A stretch of DNA of 27,833 bases from Lentisphaeria bacterium (GTDB lineage Bacteria > Verrucomicrobiota > Lentisphaeria > JABSQK01 > JAWLHB01), in NCBI GenBank assembly GCA_041690595.1, contig JAWLHB010000033.1:62001-89833 (forward strand). The letters are read 5' to 3'. The translations under genes and the position numbers were made by a program. A model generated the notes under the pieces. That model was not told the DNA's origin. It was given only the letters and a program-made list of their open reading frames with translations, and ran no database searches. Within the stretch, counting starts at the first letter, position 1, and the number at the start of each line of letters is the position of its first letter. This document shows positions 25,001 to 27,833 of the stretch, piece after piece.

Positions 25001-27231
25001 TCCACATCCACGGTGGCACTGCCCCCCTGATGAGCAATGCGGAACCACAACTCCCGTGCGCTCGGCGTACTCAGCACTGCCCGAACCATTGCAATACCAG
25101 CCGCTTCACCGACCTGCATGTCGGCCATGAAAAAGACCGAGGTATCATCGTCCTCGATGGTGCCTGTTGCCTGATCATCCTGCATCCCTGCCTGCTCGGC
25201 ATTCATCAGCGAGATCGTGAAGCTCTCGTCATCCTCATCCACGGCATCTCCGATTATCCCAACTGATATCGTTCTGGACAGTTGGCCGGGCGGAAAGGTA
25301 AGGGTACCGCCGGCGGACTCATAGTCGACGCCGGCTGTGGCGGTCTCCGGCGCCGTCTCCCATGCGCAGGTCACCGTAAAGCTGCTCGGGTAGTCCAACG
25401 TGACGGTAAAGGTCATTTGGGTTACCCCTGCATCCCCCTCCGCGATGGCCGCGTCGCCAATCGAGAGCAGCGAGTTATCGTCGTCCATGATAACCAGCGT
25501 TCCTGCCGCCTGGGATATCGTCGCCTGGTTCGCCCCACTCAGTTCAACAGTCAGCGACTTATCGGCCTCATCCAGCTTGTTTCCATGAATCGTCACCAGA
25601 ATATCCCTTGACCGCTCACCGGGAAGAAAAGTCAACGTGCCGGGAGTCAGCGAGAAATCCACGCCGGCTTTGGCGCTCCCTTCCGTCGACGCATAATCGA
25701 CGGTCACCGTACGATCGCTTGCCTTGCTCAACGAGACCGCCATTGCCACCTGCCGGCTGCCCGAGTCCCCCTCTTCGACTGCCAGATCCCCAATGCTCAA
25801 CGCCGCGACATCGTCATCGAGTACTGTAATCGTCGCGATGGCAGGGCCCAGCAATGCGTTTCGTGCGTCGCTCAAGACCACAGTGAAACTCTCATCCAGT
25901 TCATCCACCTCATCGCCCATTGCCTGCACGGCAATGCTCTTTTCGGTCTCACCAGGCGCAAAGCTCAGCTGCCCGCCTGCCGACACGAAATCCACATCCG
26001 CGGCAGCTGTGCCGGCTTGCGTTGACCAATCCACGATCACCGTAAAGCTGCTCTCCAGGTTCAACGTCACGCTAAGTTTCACCGCCGTGAGCCCGTCATC
26101 ACCCTCGGTTACCTGGCCACCGCTGGCAATACTCACCATCGCCGTATCGTCGTCCAGTATGGTTGCGATGCCTATGCCGTCGGTGATCTCAGCGCCCTGC
26201 GCCCCGGCAAGCTGGAGTAAAAAGCCCTCATTCGCCTCATCCACCAGATCGCCGATCACGTTTGCTGGAACCGTCTTGGCCTGTTCTCCAGGTGAGAAGA
26301 CCAGGCTCCCTTCCGTCGCGATGAAATCGACCCCGACCGTCGCCGTCTCCGCCACAGTCGCATAGTCTACGGTGATCGTGAAGACGCTGGGAATATCCAT
26401 GGTAACGGCGAAGACGGCAGCCGTTATCCCCGTATCGCCTTCATCCGCCTGCACATCCGCCACAGAGAGTCGTGGCGTGTCGTCATCCAGAATGGTTCCC
26501 ACAGCTTCGGCGACTACGAGGGTCGCACCCACGGGATCGGTTAGAATGACTCTGAAGCTTTCGTGTCCCTCATCGAGGCGATCTCCGATGATCGGCATCG
26601 CGATGGTCGCCTCGGTTTCGGCAATCGCGAAGCTCACGACATCGTTCACGGCGATGAAATCCTCGCCAGCGATTGCCGTCCCGCTCACGCTCGCATACGC
26701 GATCGTCACCACCTCTTCCGCAGGACTGCTCAGCGTAACAGTGAAGATCATGCTGCTGGTGCCGCTGTCACCCTCCACGAGTTCCGCGTCGCCGATGCTT
26801 GCCGTCGGCGGCACTCTTGCCGACAAGCTTACCGGGGCACTGATGCCACCGATCGCCCCATTGGAAACGAAAGTCAAACCTTCGCGAATGTCATGAATTA
26901 ATGACGTTGCTGCGTCGTAGACCTTGTAGGTGAGCCCACTTTCGCTATCCGCGTTGCTGAAGACCTGCAGGACGAATATTTTGCCCGCGGGGCTCAATGT
27001 CGGTTCCGCAACTCCCCGCAGATCATCTCCCTTGAACGCCGCCAGCATGCTGCCGTCGGCATCGACGGTGGTTGTTCCTACCGTCACCACCGCATAGACC
27101 TCCATCGAGTTCGCATAGCCAAGCGGAACGGTCCAATCCGGAACCGGATCAGCCGCAAGCGCTCCACGACCAGCCATCAGCAACAGCACCATGGTGGCCG
27201 CAAAACAAGGCAAAGCATGACGATGCTTCAT
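22099..27231 (-). CDS. Large secreted Calx-beta repeat protein (adhesin/surface-protein-like) with the shared C-terminal duplicated domain
   Basis: Signal peptide ending ALA-A, an N-terminal ~110-aa beta domain, 11 repeats of ~110 aa (EGD.G...V.YAT..GTA.AG.DF...G.L.F.PGE..K...GD..DE.DE.F...TILDDD), then the ~370-aa C-terminal module. Confidence 0.92.
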   Translation of the reverse strand: MKHRHALPCFAATMVLLLMAGRGALAADPVPDWTVPLGYANSMEVYAVVTVGTTTVDADGSMLAAFKGDDLRGVAEPTLSPAGKIFVLQVFSNADSESGLTYKVYDAATSLIHDIREGLTFVSNGAIGGISAPVSLSARVPPTASIGDAELVEGDSGTSSMIFTVTLSSPAEEVVTIAYASVSGTAIAGEDFIAVNDVVSFAIAETEATIAMPIIGDRLDEGHESFRVILTDPVGATLVVAEAVGTILDDDTPRLSVADVQADEGDTGITAAVFAVTMDIPSVFTITVDYATVAETATVGVDFIATEGSLVFSPGEQAKTVPANVIGDLVDEANEGFLLQLAGAQGAEITDGIGIATILDDDTAMVSIASGGQVTEGDDGLTAVKLSVTLNLESSFTVIVDWSTQAGTAAADVDFVSAGGQLSFAPGETEKSIAVQAMGDEVDELDESFTVVLSDARNALLGPAIATITVLDDDVAALSIGDLAVEEGDSGSRQVAMAVSLSKASDRTVTVDYASTEGSAKAGVDFSLTPGTLTFLPGERSRDILVTIHGNKLDEADKSLTVELSGANQATISQAAGTLVIMDDDNSLLSIGDAAIAEGDAGVTQMTFTVTLDYPSSFTVTCAWETAPETATAGVDYESAGGTLTFPPGQLSRTISVGIIGDAVDEDDESFTISLMNAEQAGMQDDQATGTIEDDDTSVFFMADMQVGEAAGIAMVRAVLSTPSARELWFRIAHQGGSATVDVDFEFAPIGLTFTPGETEKSFPVTILDDELPEGSEDLILVVTHISGTTLPDDADAVITILDDDSPDASITDVQQAEGDIGVAEMLFSVILDQPSPLTITIDYATADGTAVAGMDYEERSGKLVFAPGQIVQTMTVPILGDRVDELDKSFTVTLTNPVHVNLPATAATGTILDDDTASVAVTGAVVTEGDAGVSAVALAVALDIESSFTVTVDYRTEADTATEGIDYEAASGSLTFAPGEMAKEVLLTIHGDVVDELDENFALVLSNVQNALPGDLRGVVTILDDDNAMLSIGDDQVMETGGQAVVDVTLSTPCDREVTVTVTTADGSATAPSDYLAMNTLVSFAAGVTSRQVSVTIVDDEEVEGEQFFLVTLSGAQNAELSDGSATVTIVDDDVPVVNVGDGAVVEGGSIVFTLSLDRPSPFASSIGWITVDGSALAGLDYVAGGGSVSFAPYQMTVTLSVQTLEDELDEPDESFSVNLSMPLLLSVGDGEGTGTIIDNDEPWLRLTLAAATIGENGGSTIATVTRNTDTGVALVVELSSSDTGEATVPSSVSMAVGSSTATFMVSGVDEDIIDAHKQVTISATAVDHQSAQAVVTVLNDDQAENLVYSFSVRGDSYGGVTTGVTGAGYMVLDQRDGNAAAVVRWQDGRGERIDFSRDGGMWYMAGLAGSNLWVLNLTRIGLTPASVEEFSYLHMIGTAYTSDAPLGGGVVGRPVLSFQGPWRAGDPAGNPTTVQMGEASARLDYARTVLENTENTPFEQLLAELAASANVILVGSMEAISEAAGPRVAGQGVVCYNLNWNGVTGGNNGLRNFAYVGYLLLDLATGEMRILRAWREGSTWMYTVESWYGEQSFSYPLAVGNSSYAFLGARQEMIDRAEGEGDSHSFRFMYGATRSMLIGLPSKVPQTIALSLSGNLWSHSVDGGTGLYSQSTITCGVNGYTLAMNQQSMTMDAAMTFLESKMTGYQRR
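23205..26810 (-). repeat. Eleven degenerate Calx-beta coding repeats
   Basis: Eleven T[IV]xD[DN]D-type repeat ends counted in the translation (TILDDD x5, TVLDDD, VIMDDD, TIEDDD, TIVDDD, TIIDND, TVLNDD). Boundaries are approximate. Confidence 0.85.
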
Positions 27232-27300
27232 GAATCGGTCCTTTTGTATGGCTGAACAAGCAGCCGACAGCGATCAATCGGCGATGCTCATTGAATGGAA

Positions 27301-27340
27301 ACACTCCGTGTGCCCGATCGGCATCGGGCACACGGAGCGT
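27301..27340 (-). terminator. Strong intercistronic hairpin (terminator or stabiliser)
   Basis: Perfect 15-bp stem CTCCGTGTGCCCGAT (27304-27318) / ATCGGGCACACGGAG (27323-27337) with a 4-nt loop. On the minus strand it is followed by TGTTTCC, ~20 nt after the upstream stop codon. Confidence 0.7.
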
Positions 27341-27358
27341 ATCGATGATCTCTCGAGA

Positions 27359-27832
27359 CTAGTCTCTGATGAAGTTAGTCAGCGTGCCTTCGACGTAGAT
27401 CATGGCTTGGTCGAGGGCGAGCTGATTCTGGTTTATGTGCAGAGTCATGCCTCCGTTGATGCCGCAGGCGATGGTGCTCTGCGTGTAGGTACCACCCTCC
27501 TCGTTCGGGCTGAAGTGGCCCCAGAGGTTGCCGCTCAGGCTCAGCGGCAGGGTCTGCGGCTCGTTCGAAGGCAGCCCGATCTTCACCGTACGGTTGGCCC
27601 CGTACATGAAACGGAAGCGGTAGTCTTCCGGGTGAGCAAAGCCTGCCCGGAGGATACCGTCGCGGCCACCGAGGAAGGTATAGGTGCTGCTGCCGACCGT
27701 CAACGGATAGGCAAAGCTTTCGGCTGTACTCCAAGTCTCGATGGTGTAGTACCACTGGGTTCCCTGACGCCAGGCGCGCAGGGCCTGCATCTCACCCGTA
27801 GACAGGTCGAGAAGCAGGTAACCGGGATAGCT
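27359..27832 (-). CDS. C-terminal fragment of another protein carrying the shared C-terminal domain (5' truncated by window edge)
   Basis: The frame is open to the window edge: SYPGYLLLDLSTGEMQALRAW...FRFMYGA...LSLSGNLW...QSTIACGING. It aligns closely with the C-terminus of 22099..27231. Confidence 0.88.
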   Translation of the reverse strand, partial: SYPGYLLLDLSTGEMQALRAWRQGTQWYYTIETWSTAESFAYPLTVGSSTYTFLGGRDGILRAGFAHPEDYRFRFMYGANRTVKIGLPSNEPQTLPLSLSGNLWGHFSPNEEGGTYTQSTIACGINGGMTLHINQNQLALDQAMIYVEGTLTNFIRD

Positions 27833-27833
27833 G

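Noticed and set aside
23205..26810. Repeats as a CRISPR array or diversity-generating retroelement target
   Set aside because: The repeats are degenerate protein-level domains; there are no identical DNA repeats with spacers, no cas genes and no reverse transcriptase.
1..27833. Apparent excess of C over G on the + strand
   Set aside because: Consistent with ordinary replication-associated GC skew; not quantified here.

Overview
High-GC bacterial chromosomal window (gene content and style suggest a diderm, possibly PVC/Lentisphaerae-like organism; this is inference only). A ~15 kb core of mostly housekeeping and signalling genes runs from 6684 to 22085: an EF-G paralogue, an HExxH membrane protein, a CDF transporter, a URO-D-family protein, a receiver-cyclase, DUF167, FtsH, an FHA protein, Pal, a Ser/Thr kinase, an HD hydrolase, a CoaD-CoaE fusion, a YkuK-like RNase H-fold protein and a HemC-CobA-HemD triple fusion. 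The 3' end of uvrA and a large hypothetical lie at the left edge. The core is flanked on both sides by minus-strand genes for predicted exported proteins: two tandem 575-aa CARDB-like paralogues, a 1710-aa Calx-beta repeat protein and a truncated fourth gene. All four carry a C-terminal module I do not recognise (~370 aa and internally duplicated in the three complete genes; only its second half is visible in the truncated one). This module is the most novel-looking signal and is a candidate surface-sorting or anchoring domain. Other notable points are the HemC moiety lacking its cofactor-attachment domain, the bacterial-type bifunctional CoA synthase coupled to an HD gene, and a structured intergenic element upstream of the EF-G paralogue. 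No rRNA, tRNA, CRISPR or mobile element was found.
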